A model generated the notes under the pieces. The model had not been told where the DNA came from. It saw only the letters and a list, made by a program, of their open reading frames with translations, and ran no database searches. Source: Zygnema circumcarinatum SAG 698-1b (taxonomy: Eukaryota > Plantae > Zygnematophyceae). From it: DNA of 64,000 nucleotides. The position numbers and the translations under genes were made by a program. Shown here one piece after another: positions 14,945-26,060 of the stretch; position 1 is the first letter of the stretch; each line of letters starts with the position of its first letter. The stretch covers positions 124,001-188,000 of the forward strand of contig CM074815.1 in NCBI GenBank assembly GCA_037447605.1. Reading direction: 5' to 3'.

Positions 14945-17858
14945 CTACGATTTATTTTTTATTTCCAAGGAGCATCTTGGATATTTTTGCAAACCCAGAA
15001 CGTTGTTCCGCTCCTGTTTTCTTCCTCTCTTCTCGTCCATCCTCCCCCCTTTCCTTGCGCCCTGTTCCCTGCTCAGTTCATTCTCTGCCGCTTGCAAGTA
15101 CGCCGCAACGGGAGACAACTTTTGAGAACCATCTGAGGATGAGTTCGAATTACGGAACGGAATTCCGTTCAAAGACGCGCATGGAACATCAGAGGCCACT
15201 GACTCGAACGAGCTCCTTCCAAGAGGAGAAGGTCTAGAGATGAGGGTGGGAGGGGGTGGGGGATCGCAAAACGACGGATTAGGCGAGAGACTGATATTGA
15301 GAGCAGAGGGTTCGGATGATTTTGAAGCTGGGCATGACTCGAAGATGCATGGCACCGTCTGCAAGAGGGCACAAGATCAAGGATTGTGAGAGAGAGAGAG
15401 GATTATGGACAGGGTACAATAGAGTATTGGTAGAGGAAGTTATGTGAAGGGGCAGTGGCCACAGGGTGGTGGGTGGGAGAGGAGGAGAGTGGGAAGGGGA
15501 AGAACACCAAAGAGAGAGAAAGAAAGAGAGAGAGAGAAAAAGAAAGAGAGATAGAGAGAGAGGGATGCAAAAAAGTAAAAATGATGACGGAGAGGAGCCC
15601 ACCTGATCGCGTGGCGACGCAGTTCTCTGCCGACCACAACTCCCCTCCTTCGTCGCTCCTCCTCCAGACCTCTCCACGCAGCCGGGCTCTATTTCAGGAG
15701 GCCCGGGACTGCAGTTCCATGTCTGCCTGCATAACTGAAAATGTCGCCGATTCGTCTGCCGATTCGAAGTATTCTTGTCTTCAAAATCATCATTACCACT
15801 GCGACCCTTGAGCCGCTGCTCTTCTCCTTCGCCTCCCACTTTCCGTCGCCTCTTCTGAGACTGAGACGGTTGCTCATGGAACGGCGACCCCGACGGTGGC
15901 ACCCTCCGTTCCTTGTAACTGAACGGATGTCTCCTGTCCGAGTCGCAATCTGAACTCGAATTTGGATTTGAGGGTACTCCGCGATCGCGTTCTTCGACCT
16001 CAAACTCCTTCTCGAGCTTCTCCTGCGCTTCCAGAATCTCCTGCTTCAAAGTCTTCTGCCTCTTGTGCATGTACCATCCTGGATCCGTAAAACAACACAA
16101 AGGAACAAACCGTTTTCAGTTGCGGTTCCAGTTTCAGTCTCACAAGGACTGCGCTCCTTACATCTCGTTCCTTACACAACCAACCTTGCCCTCTCTCTCC
16201 CCTCTCAATCCCTTCCTCCCAGTCCCAGTCCCACAGCTTCCATCACCCTCCCACTCCTCACGTCTCCCTCTGTCCCCTACTGCCCCCCTCCCTCCACTCC
16301 CACACTCCCACTCCCACCCTTGCTCACCTGCATAGTGCTCTTCCGTCCTTCCAGGCGTTTTCTGCATGACAGCTGTCATGAGCGCACCCCTCCCCTCCCT
16401 CTCCCTCCCTTCCCAAACATCGTCCCACACCCCTTCTCTCTCTTCACACACCTCCTCTCCACCTTCCTCCTCATCCCTTTCTCCCTCTCCGTTCACTGCC
16501 CTCCTTTGCCAGTGCTGAATCCAGGGGCTGTTTAAAACCCCTGGAATCGACTCCAAAGGTCTTTTCTCCCTCTTCTCCCTCTCTCTCGTCCCCGCCACTC
16601 CCCCCTCCACACTCTCTCCACTTCTCCCCACTCTTCTCATCTGCCTCTCTCTCTCCTGTCCATCCTCTCTCTCTCTGTCCCACCCCGCTTCCCACTCTCC
16701 GTCCCCATCCGTCCCATTCATCGCGAGCATCGACCCCTCCGCCGAACTCAGGTCCCCTCCGGAGCTGCCAGGTGTCATCCAACTGTTGAACGTCACACAG
16801 ACCGGCCCACTTGGCGCGAACGGATACTGGAACGGTAACTGAAACGGTGACGGCCGAGAGGGCATGTAGGGAATGGTGGAGAGCGGGGTAAGCCCCTCTG
16901 GCTGAGGAGCCATGTACGTGAATCTGGAGGATGAATTGGGCTTTTCCGGCGGGCCATGTTTGTAATATTCCTCTCCGCTTCTTTCGGGGGAGCCAGCATC
17001 CAAGTCCACGTTCGTAATCTGCATAACATGCCAATACAGAATGTGAGCGATCCAGTTCATGATCTTCACTCTAGCTCTCTCACTCCCTCCCTCTCTCTCT
17101 CTCTCGTGCACACGCGCTCTCTCTATCTCTCTCTTCCCACTTTCAATCCCCTCAAGCTGTTCTGCCCTGACGCCATTCTCCCCCTACCGCACACTTTCCT
17201 TCCTGTCCTTCTCTTCCACGCTCCCTCTTCCCTCCCCTCTTTCGCCACCTCGATCTCTGCTCTCCCTCCCTTTTCCCTTTCTCTGCATGCTTGCACAACA
17301 AATCTCCGACCCGCCCTCCCGCCCTTGTACCCCGTCCCTCTCTCCTCCCTGTCCATCCCCTTCATCAAACCCACTCCCACCACTCTCCCCTCGCTCACTC
17401 CCTCCTCTCCCCACCTACCAATCGCCATACTCTCACTCTCCACCCCCCTATCTCCCCCTTTTCACCCCTCTCTCCCTCCCTCCCCCGTTGTTCCCTCTGT
17501 CTCCCCCCTCCCTCCCTCACCTCGCTTTCGCCCGCCGTGCCCTCGGAGAGCTCCTCCTCCTGGCCGCTCCCCCCCTGCTCCGCGCCGCATATGTCCACGT
17601 GGCAGTACCTCCGCGCGTAGAGACCGCGCGTGAACAGTCCCTCCATCCCGTCCAGGTACGCGCCGTGCTCCGCGTCCGTCCACGCCGACCCCGCCTGAAT
17701 CCCGGCCCGCTCCCACCGCGCCTCAGCATGCATGCACGCATACATACATACATCCACACACCCATGCATGTGCGGGCAGGGAGGGAGGAGGCTGCGTGAG
17801 AGACAACCACTCAACTCACCTCGTCAGAGAACGCGTCCAGCTCCTCCCTCGCAGACAT
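14945..17858 (-). CDS. Cold-regulated protein COR27/COR28-like
   Basis: Exons 17858-17820, 17694-17521, 17018-16328, 16078-15603, 15358-14945 with compatible phases. WTDAEHGAYLDGMEGLFTRGLY matches the COR27 motif WTDEKHSLYLKSMEASFVDQLY as recalled; NSPWIQHW matches the SPWIxHF motif. The remainder is low complexity and internal boundaries are less certain. Confidence 0.65.
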
Positions 17859-18146
17859 GGCTGATCCCTCTCTTCCTTCCTCTCCTCTCTCACTCCGTCT
17901 CTCTTTATATCTCTCCTCTCTCTCCTCTCTCTCCTCTCCCTCTCTCTCGCGCTCTCTCCGATCCCGCTCTCTCTCTCCCTATCTCTCCCTCTCTCTCTCC
18001 CACCCTTATCCTCGTCCCCCCGCGGCTTAAAAATCAAACCGCCGTTCGCCACAGCGCGCCGGCCCGTCCGTACATCCTTCGCACGAGCGAGCCGTGGCCA
18101 TCCTCGTGACTCATCCGTACGGTGGCCCGAGTCTGTCGGGGGCGCT

Positions 18147-18959
18147 GCCACGTCTCTCAGCGCCACGTCAGGTGGTCCCCGCTCGGCCGTACCGCCCTTG
18201 TCCGCACTCGGCGGGCGCTTTTTCCAAGGCGGCAGCGCGGCAGATATTTTCACTTTGTCGGTTTCTGGGACACGTGGCGGTCATCCCGCGCAGCGCGGGC
18301 TCAGGGCCGTCTGATATTTTGAGGGCGGAAGATATTTGCGACTTTTTCGGGGCCAGCGCGGCGCGGATGCAGAGCATCTCAGCCGTCGAATGGAGAAATC
18401 GGACGGCTGTGGAGCGCGCTGAGGATCTTGGGCCTTGGAAGGGTGGGAACAAGTTTGATATTATTAGTGGATAGTTTTTTTTGGGCAGATGATTTTTTGT
18501 TCTGGAACTTTGGGCAGGGGACCGAAATGTTTTACGTTTTCGCCTGTCTACTGTAAACTTGGAGGTGACAGAAGCAACGCGATTGGTGGGTCTGGATATT
18601 TTTCACCCTATCGAAACATTGATTATCTGCCCGATGTGAAGGTATTTTCTGCCAGGATGGGATTGAGGGCTTGAAAAGCGGCAGAAGCGCTGTTATCGAT
18701 GCCGTACGGTTGAAGTCAAGTTGGTCAAGCAGTACTGCCACGTCGGATCCCACGCTGGATAATATCGCCCGCTTTTGCCAGCGTGGCAGGAAAAGCGCGC
18801 TCAAACACTCGCCTCGTGCGAGCTCCTGCGTCGGTTCGGCCCACTCACATGCCGCCACGTGGCGTAATGGATATTGACCGGCACGCCTGCCCAGTGCTGA
18901 CACTTGATGGGCGGCCGCGATATTTACACAAAACGACAAGAATGTGCCCGAGATATTTT
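18147..18959 (-). promoter_or_regulatory. Evening elements plus ABRE-like/G-box motifs upstream of the COR27-like gene
   Basis: AAAATATCT on the minus strand at 18242-18250 and 18951-18959; AAATATCT at 18330-18337; GCCACGTC at 18147 and 18162; CACGTG at 18271 and 18856. Confidence 0.55.
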
Positions 18960-20076
18960 TGTTTTGAACCCTTTTTGCCAGCGCCGACAGGCGGGGACTG
19001 TCCGTACATTTGGTCGGTACGGATTATTGCAAATACCGTACATGTGCCGTACGCAGGAGCTCACATGGCGTCATTTTGCATCGTACGGTATATGTACTTT
19101 GTACCGTATGGAGCGCTGCCGGACCGTACGAGGGAGAGCGTTCACATGTACCGACACGCCGGCTGTTTGCAGTGTGAGCACGGCGCAGTTTTTTCGGGAC
19201 TGGGAACTGAACAGCGTGGAACAGCCATAGAACTGCGATCGGCGGCGGGCATGCATGCATGGCGGGGGTCGAAGAATCTCTGCGAGGGGTCGGGGCTTGC
19301 CCTAAGAAAACAAAGGCCATGGTTTACTTCTCGCCTTCAGCTGACTTCCTTCATAGAAGCGATGAGCGGCATCGCAGCAGCTCGATTAAAGGCGTGACGT
19401 GACATCACCCTGTTTGGCTTAGTGACCAAGTCCTTGACATGCTGTTCACTTTCTTGAGAAGCTCGCAGACATGAACCATGCTCAGCGATGTTGGGGACTC
19501 CCACGCCATGTCTGGGCGGCATTTTTTTTGTCTTACTGTGCGCGAAAAAGAAGAGAGCGAGAGGGAGAAGGGCGGATGCTTGAGAAGGCGGCGCACGGGG
19601 GAGAGGGAGAGGGAGAGGGAGAGGGAGAGGGAGAGGGAGAGGGAGAGGGAGAGGGAGAGGGAGGAGAGGAGAATGTAGAGACAGGTGGCAGCTTTGGAAT
19701 CCATCGACCAGCCATCAAATGACGGACGCGGTTTACCTCACACCTTCTCTCACATCAAACTTTAGAAAGATTCCAATCTTCTTTGTCTTGGTAACAAGCA
19801 GCGTCAACGCGCCAACACCGCACACTTCCGGCCATTCTCTCTCTTCGCCATCTTTGCCCAAACCACCCTCTCGCTCTCTCACTCGTGTCCGCACATCCTC
19901 TGCCTTTCTAACGCCTACACTAGGGAACCCTAAAAGCAGCTGAACCCCAATGAACCCTAATGCCTCTAGCGTCCAGCCCTTGAGCAGGATGATGCCTTCT
20001 TATTCTCCAAGCCATCCCTGTCCTGTACACCTAATACCTAATTTTCAATGCCTTACAAGATATCAATTTACATCTG

Positions 20077-20985
20077 CTAATCTCGTGACGGCAAATCATC
20101 ATATATGCGATCTGCACGTATCCAGAGCGCTTTCACAAACCGCAGCAACGCGAGAACCAAGTCCGTAACAGACCTCGCAATTCCAACCGCAACGCATCCC
20201 GCTGTAAGAATGACGAGCGGGGAGACACGTAGCAAATTTCCGGCACCGACGCTGACTTGCAGTTCCGAGCCTCGAGCAAACTTGAGCATCATTTCCACCT
20301 TTTCATTGCTCGAAGTCAAAAGCACAAAGAGCTCCCACGCTTTCTCCAAGCACCACCCGAGGAACATCATGGCCCATGCGAAACAGAGCAAGAACCCGAC
20401 ATTGAATGAAATTCGAAAGACCGGCGGGACAGAGGAGGGCTCTCTCCGCAAAGTTTTGGCTTCTTGATAGTACTCAATTTTTGAAGAGGACGAGCGATCA
20501 TAGACTACTACCATTCCATTCCTGCTTCCTTCCGTCTCCATCACCCCCTCCTCGAATTCAGAGTCTCTCCCACGCCTCACACAAACGGCACTAAAGAGGC
20601 GTACACACAGCAAGAACGCCACTGCTTTGAAAATGAGCCCAGTCAAGGGCGGTAGACAGACGGTCTCAGGAAGGAATGCTGCGGTCAAGGCAGCCTGAAC
20701 AGCCGTTGACTTGGTTGACTTCGGCGACTTCTGCGACTTCGTTGACAGAAGCACCACTGTTGACTTATTCAGAGCTTGTAGCCTTTGCATGGTGTGGAGG
20801 AAGGCGCCATTGGAGGGCTTCTTGGCATAAGGAGCAATCCTGTTTATTGCCCTGTTTTGCATGGAATTCGTGACATTTTTAGGTGAAATAGGCACTGTGG
20901 TTTTAATAGCATAGAAATGATCTTGCGTCATGTTTATTGCCCTCACAAGGGCTCTGGGATAAGAAGATCGTCGAATATTGTCCAT
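20077..20985 (-). CDS. Hypothetical intronless 302-aa membrane protein
   Basis: Uninterrupted non-repetitive ORF with about three hydrophobic segments (LIFKAVAFLLCVRLF, VGFLLCFAWAMMFLGWCL, LVILTAGCVAVGIA); no family recognised. Confidence 0.55.
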   Translation of the reverse strand: MDNIRRSSYPRALVRAINMTQDHFYAIKTTVPISPKNVTNSMQNRAINRIAPYAKKPSNGAFLHTMQRLQALNKSTVVLLSTKSQKSPKSTKSTAVQAALTAAFLPETVCLPPLTGLIFKAVAFLLCVRLFSAVCVRRGRDSEFEEGVMETEGSRNGMVVVYDRSSSSKIEYYQEAKTLRREPSSVPPVFRISFNVGFLLCFAWAMMFLGWCLEKAWELFVLLTSSNEKVEMMLKFARGSELQVSVGAGNLLRVSPLVILTAGCVAVGIARSVTDLVLALLRFVKALWIRADRIYDDLPSRD

Positions 20986-21607
20986 AGCTGCACATATAAC
21001 AAAACAAAAAGCAAATTTAAACTTTAAACTTCAGTAACATAAAAAAAAACAACAACAATAAAGTTAGCTAAAGTGAGAGAATGAAAACAGTCGAATGTCA
21101 TGCAGAAAAAAAAACACGCAGAACTAGAAAATCTGCAGACTCCCCCACAAATAAAAGCATTACGCTGAGCATACTTGCCTTCTGTTTTTTTTCCCTTCGC
21201 TATCCCCCCCATAAAGGGAAGCTGGGCGACGTTCAAACCGTGGCCCGTAGCAGCCATCGCTCGTCAAGAAAGAATTCCGATGGCTGCTATAGTAACAGTT
21301 ACTGAAAACGGTTAGCGGTTAACGGTTAACGGTTAAGTGGTGACTGAGAAATTTCAGAAGGGTACCTTTCCTGATGCCAAGCCGCAGCAGCCGACAGATA
21401 CCAAGTTTGAGTATGAAGACAGAGACAGTCAGAAAGACAGACAGCAAAAAGTAAAAAGTGAGAACAAAGAGAAAAATAGCGACGAAAACATGTAGTCAAA
21501 AGTAATTCACATGCGAAAAGAAGCACTAAGAAAGAAAGGGGAGGAATAATATTCCACCCACGTGTAACTCAAGTTTTTCACTGAATACACTTTTTTTTTA
21601 TTATCCT

Positions 21608-21648
<41 letters not shown>

Positions 21649-22071
21649 CACTCTACAACACTCGCGCCTCAAGACTATTTCTCCTCTTGTTGATCCTTGA
21701 AACTCCAGGCTCACTCCTTATATTCCTAGTTTCGTCCTCTCTCCCTCATCAACATCCGTCGTTTCTTTCTCTTTACTTTCCCACACGTTTTCTACCTTCC
21801 ACCACATTACCGTATCTTTCTTCTCTTCCTCCCACCGCCTCCCTTCCTCCCACCTCTCCAAAGCAGTACATCACCTTCCCCTTCCTCCTAGGGCCTCCTG
21901 CCCCCCCAGTGTCTCACCCTCCTCCCTCGCCCCCCGACTTCCCTTCCCAACCCCGACCCTCGGTAATCACCCATAGCAGGTAATATATATCAAGAAAAAG
22001 TAAAATCAGTAGCAATTCGAGATATTTCGTTCAATCGATTTCCATGTTTGGTATTTATGATTCCCGTTAGG

Positions 22072-22266
22072 GAAGGGCTGCACCGACCTCGGAGGTAGTG
22101 CCATACCGAGGCGACGCTGAAGGACCCGGCCAGCAAGCTGGCCTTTGGACCCTCCGCCCTGAAAAATTAGGTTAATATCGTGTGGTCCGATGGACCACGT
22201 ATCAGATAATAAACTGATAAGAACAGATACTACACTTGATCTTAGCCAAAAGGCCGAGAAAGGTAT
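22072..22266 (-). ncRNA. U2: U2 spliceosomal snRNA
   Basis: Minus strand reads ATACCTTTCTCGGCCTTTTGGCTAAGATCAAGTGTAGTATCTGTTCTTATCAGTTT (plant U2 5' end with branch-point pairing GUAGUA), Sm site AATTTTTCAG and stem IV loop ATGGCACTA. The 3' end is approximate. Confidence 0.97.
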
Positions 22267-22324
22267 ACCTTCAATGTGGTTGGAGTTTGGTTAAGAAAGT
22301 GGGGATGGTGAGAGCGGAAAATGT

Positions 22325-22334
22325 CGATGTGGGA
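22325..22334 (-). promoter_or_regulatory. snRNA upstream sequence element (USE)
   Basis: TCCCACATCG, an exact match to the plant USE core, 59-68 nt upstream of the U2 start. Confidence 0.85.
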
Positions 22335-23413
22335 GAATTTGGCAGCCCGCTATTGCAACGCCAGGAGGGCCTTTAAATATGTACGGCTACCACGTGTGAA
22401 GAGGCGTCCGCCAATCAAAGGCAAGATTTCGGCGTGCGGAACGTACGTTTTTGGGGAGATTGTTCGTACTGTTTCGTACGTGCCACTTTGTCAGCATTTG
22501 TGCCGTACGTTTATTGGTACCAAATGTTACTGTTCTGTTTGTCTAACTGTAACAGTACACAGTTCACCGCTTAAAACTACATGGAACCTCAGAAGGAAGG
22601 CTCGCAGTTTACGGAACTAATGACGTGTCAGCCCATCATGCTGCCAAGTGGCAACCATTGTCGGCTAGACTCCCGAGCAGCCGCATAGAACCGCGATGGG
22701 CAAAAATCCGAAAGGTTTCTGGTGGGTTCCGTACAAACCAAACGGCCAAAAACCAGCAACCAGGTTTGCAACTTATTGGGAAGTTTCTAGCAGGAGCAAC
22801 AACCCGCAACGACGCTTTCGCTCAAAGTCGCGCGCAGGATTTGAAAGTTCTTCTCCTTCGCCGAGAGGAACCGGCAGACCTTCGCAGGGGGACAGCCCTT
22901 CAGATTTTGACCCCCAAGGCAACGCTCGCTACATTTCTAGGCCCACACAATGGTCATGCTTTAGGAAGCAAATATTTCCATTTCGGAGAAATACATACAG
23001 TATTTACACATGACATATTATTCACAACTATGTACCGCCATATACATACGAGAGAGAGAGGGAGAGGGAGAGAAAGAGAGGGAGAGGGGGAGAGAGAGAG
23101 GGAGGGAGAGGGAGAGAATGAGAGGGAGAGGGGGAGAGAGAGAGGGAGGGAGAGGGAGAGAATGAGAGGGCGAGGGCGAGGGAGAGAGAGAGAGGGAGGG
23201 AGAGAAAGAGAGGAAGAGGGAGAGAGGAAGAGAGGGAGAGGGCGAGAGAGAGAGGGAGAGAAGGAGAGAGAGAGGGAGAGAGGGAGAGGGCGAGAGAGAG
23301 AGGGAGAGGGAGAGAGAGAGGGAGAGGGAGAGAGAGAGAGAGGGAGAGAGCGATGCAAATCCTCGAGCTCGTCCCTACCAAATCCCCCCCCTGCACCCAA
23401 AACTATAAACCCC

Positions 23414-25312
23414 TCACCAAATAGCAACCTCCCATTCCCTCCCCTCCCTCGCACACGCTCGGAACATCCCCAACGTGTTGAACTCCATGCAGACCTCTCC
23501 GTTCCGTGCAACGGCAACAAGACCGCATGTACCCGCCGGCAACTGCTCAACACGAACTTCACCGCCTCCTCCAATTTCATATTTTTGTATTCCATCGCAG
23601 CCGCCACATTCCGCCCCACAGAGGATCTGATTATGACTTCTCCAACTCCGGTAGCCGACACCGCGCATAAAGAGTTTGCATAATTCCCCGCCCCAATGAT
23701 GGGCGTGTCTCCGATCCTGCCTACCATCTTATTTGTTCTGCCGCCTGTCGACGTGGCGGCTGCACATTGGCCAACGGAGTCCACCACAACGCATCCAACA
23801 GTTTCTGTCTGCGGTCTTTCTGTTGCCGTTGCAGTTTCCGTTTCCGTTTCCGTTGCCGTTACTGTGTGGGAGCCTTCGTTGACCTCCTCTTCTTCACTGC
23901 CTTTGTCGTTGAAATTGTGGTCCATCTGCAACAAACCAAACGTTCCTTCAGAAAGAATGTGCTTCTCTCCCTCTGTCTCTCTACTCTCCGTTTCTCCCTC
24001 TCTCTGCCTCGCTTTTTAAGTTTCCTTTTTCCATTCCTTCTCCTTTTTCTTTTACCTCCTTCTTCCACATTTTATCTCTACCCAACAGCTCCTCTTTGTT
24101 TGCCCCCCTCTCCCCTCCTCTCTCTCCCAGACCCCCCCCGGCTCCCTATCTCACTACAGCTAAATCGTGATAATTGCGGAAAGTTATGTCAAGTCTGCTG
24201 TACCTGAATCCGGTTGTTTCTTTGCGCATCTTCCCATTGTTTCCGACGCATATCTGTAATAAACCACTCGTTCTGCTGTCGCTCCACCTCCTGCAAGGAG
24301 CGAACAACGCTGAATCAGTTCAGACTTACTGAACTGTAACAACATCGAACCAACCCCATGCATTGTGTTTAAGACAAAAACATGTTCACAGTAAAAAAGC
24401 AATTCACAGTTTTCTCAGAAAAAGCCCATCGAGCATCCTCACCACACCTCTGAAAAGCAATGAATGGTCCAACGCCTTAAGGTCAACTTTGCCCCCCTTG
24501 AACCGCCCATTCACACACAACGACGAGATAAGGAAGACCTCCTTACCCCTCCATCTCGCCAATCAATCAATAATCAGTTCACACAATTCTTAGGATGAGT
24601 TTGCCCTATACTTGCTCCTTAGCAAATTCCTCCGCTCCATCAAAAGCCAAATAAATGTGCGGCGTTTTCTCCATAACAAGTCGAGCCAATGAGATCGGAT
24701 GCACGACAGTTGTCAGCCCCGAGACAGCGCCACATGTCACCGCCCAGTCGGCGCCACGTGGCTCCACACCCGCGGCAGAGGTCGCAGAGGAGGGAGGGAG
24801 CGACGCCATGATGCACGCCTCCATCTCCACTGTGGCCGCATGGGTGAGGACGGAGCCTCTGCCGGCGTTGAAGAGGGGGTCGTCTTCCAGGGCTTTGACC
24901 TTGGCCACATGGGGAGGGAGGGAGGGAGGGAGGGAGGGAGGGAGGGAGGGAGGGAGGTGAGGTGGGAGGAGATGGTGGTCAATAGGGGACATATAAATGT
25001 CTCCGTAAACGGCGAGAGACGAGGAGACTTTGACATTTCGGTTCCATATGGAACCTATAAAACTTGAATCCCTGAACTCTACGACAGAATCCCTCAACCC
25101 TGTGTGCGTGCTTGAAGGCCTCCATCCCTCACCACAAGCTCTGCGACGTCCAGAGCAGAGGCGCCATGGCCGCCCTCGAGAGCGTTCACACCGAGCGCCA
25201 AAATGCGGCGGAGAGAGTCGAGGTAGAGCTGCTTGGTGGCGGTGTCGATGGCGGGGGAGATGGGCCCCGCCCCGCCGTGCAGCGCGATGGCCCACGGACC
25301 GCGCGGAGCCAT
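23414..25312 (-). CDS. Isoaspartyl peptidase/L-asparaginase (Ntn hydrolase), with a frameshift in the last exon as assembled
   Basis: Exons 25312-25133, 24899-24612, 24290-24204, 23925-23414. [20 protein letters not shown], nucleophile region [35 protein letters not shown]. The conserved end [11 protein letters not shown]...EVAIW is in another frame after ~23548. Confidence 0.9.
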
Positions 25313-25349
25313 GGCGGGCCCGGGAGGGTGCAGAAGTGGGATGGGAATA

Positions 25350-25499
25350 TTAGGGTTAGGGTTAGGGTTAGGGTTAGGGTTAGGGTTAGGGTTAGGGTTA
25401 GGGTTAGGGTTAGGGTTAGGGTTAGGGTTAGGGTTAGGGTTAGGGTTAGGGTTAGGGTTAGGGTTAGGGTTAGGGTTAGGGTTAGAGTTAGGGTTAGGA
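25350..25499. repeat. Interstitial telomere-like (TTAGGG)n array
   Basis: 22 perfect TTAGGG units (25350-25481) followed by TTAGAG, TTAGGG, TTAGGA. Confidence 0.97.
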
Positions 25500-26060
25500 T
25501 TGGGGTTAAAATTAGGGTCTGGGTTAATGATTGGCGGCCATCGGGGTGTTGAAAATGTTAATACCCATTGCCAATGGTTGCTAGCATTGGTCGCCAATGG
25601 TTGTCAACCATTCAGCGTTTCGCAACCATTGCCAATGGTTGACACCTTTGTCAATGGTTGCAACCGTGGTTTCCAATGGTTGGAGCCGTTAGTTGGCCGA
25701 CCAGCCAACCACCGCCAATGGGTGCAACCATTTGGTTTTATTGTACAATGTAAAAATGGAATTCACAAGACAAACCAATCATAGCCAATAGTCCATGTTG
25801 GGACCTTGATTAACCCAACCCTTCACCGTTGAAACAGGTTTTTAAATGGAGAGGAACAATGCCTTCAAGCAGACACCCCCCCAACAAGTCTCAACACATG
25901 TTGCAAGTGCTTCCATCAACACAGTGTCCGTGTAAGTGTCCACCCTGTTCCTTCAACACAAAAAAAAATGGCTCAAAATAACATGGTGATGATCTTTTGT
26001 TGAACAAGCGGTCCATCTTTTGAGAGCCGTGCTCGACCCCAAACCAGTCCCAGCCTGACT

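Noticed and set aside
19337-19722. Short ORFs around the GAGAGG repeat
   Set aside because: No motif and no consistent splice chain.
25566-25735. CRISPR-like appearance of spaced repeats
   Set aside because: Units are only 9-10 nt, occur in both orientations, lack regular unique spacers and have no cas genes; eukaryotic context.
25112-25784. ORFs with (RV)n, (GL)n or (NP)n
   Set aside because: Translations of the TTAGGG array, not repeat proteins.
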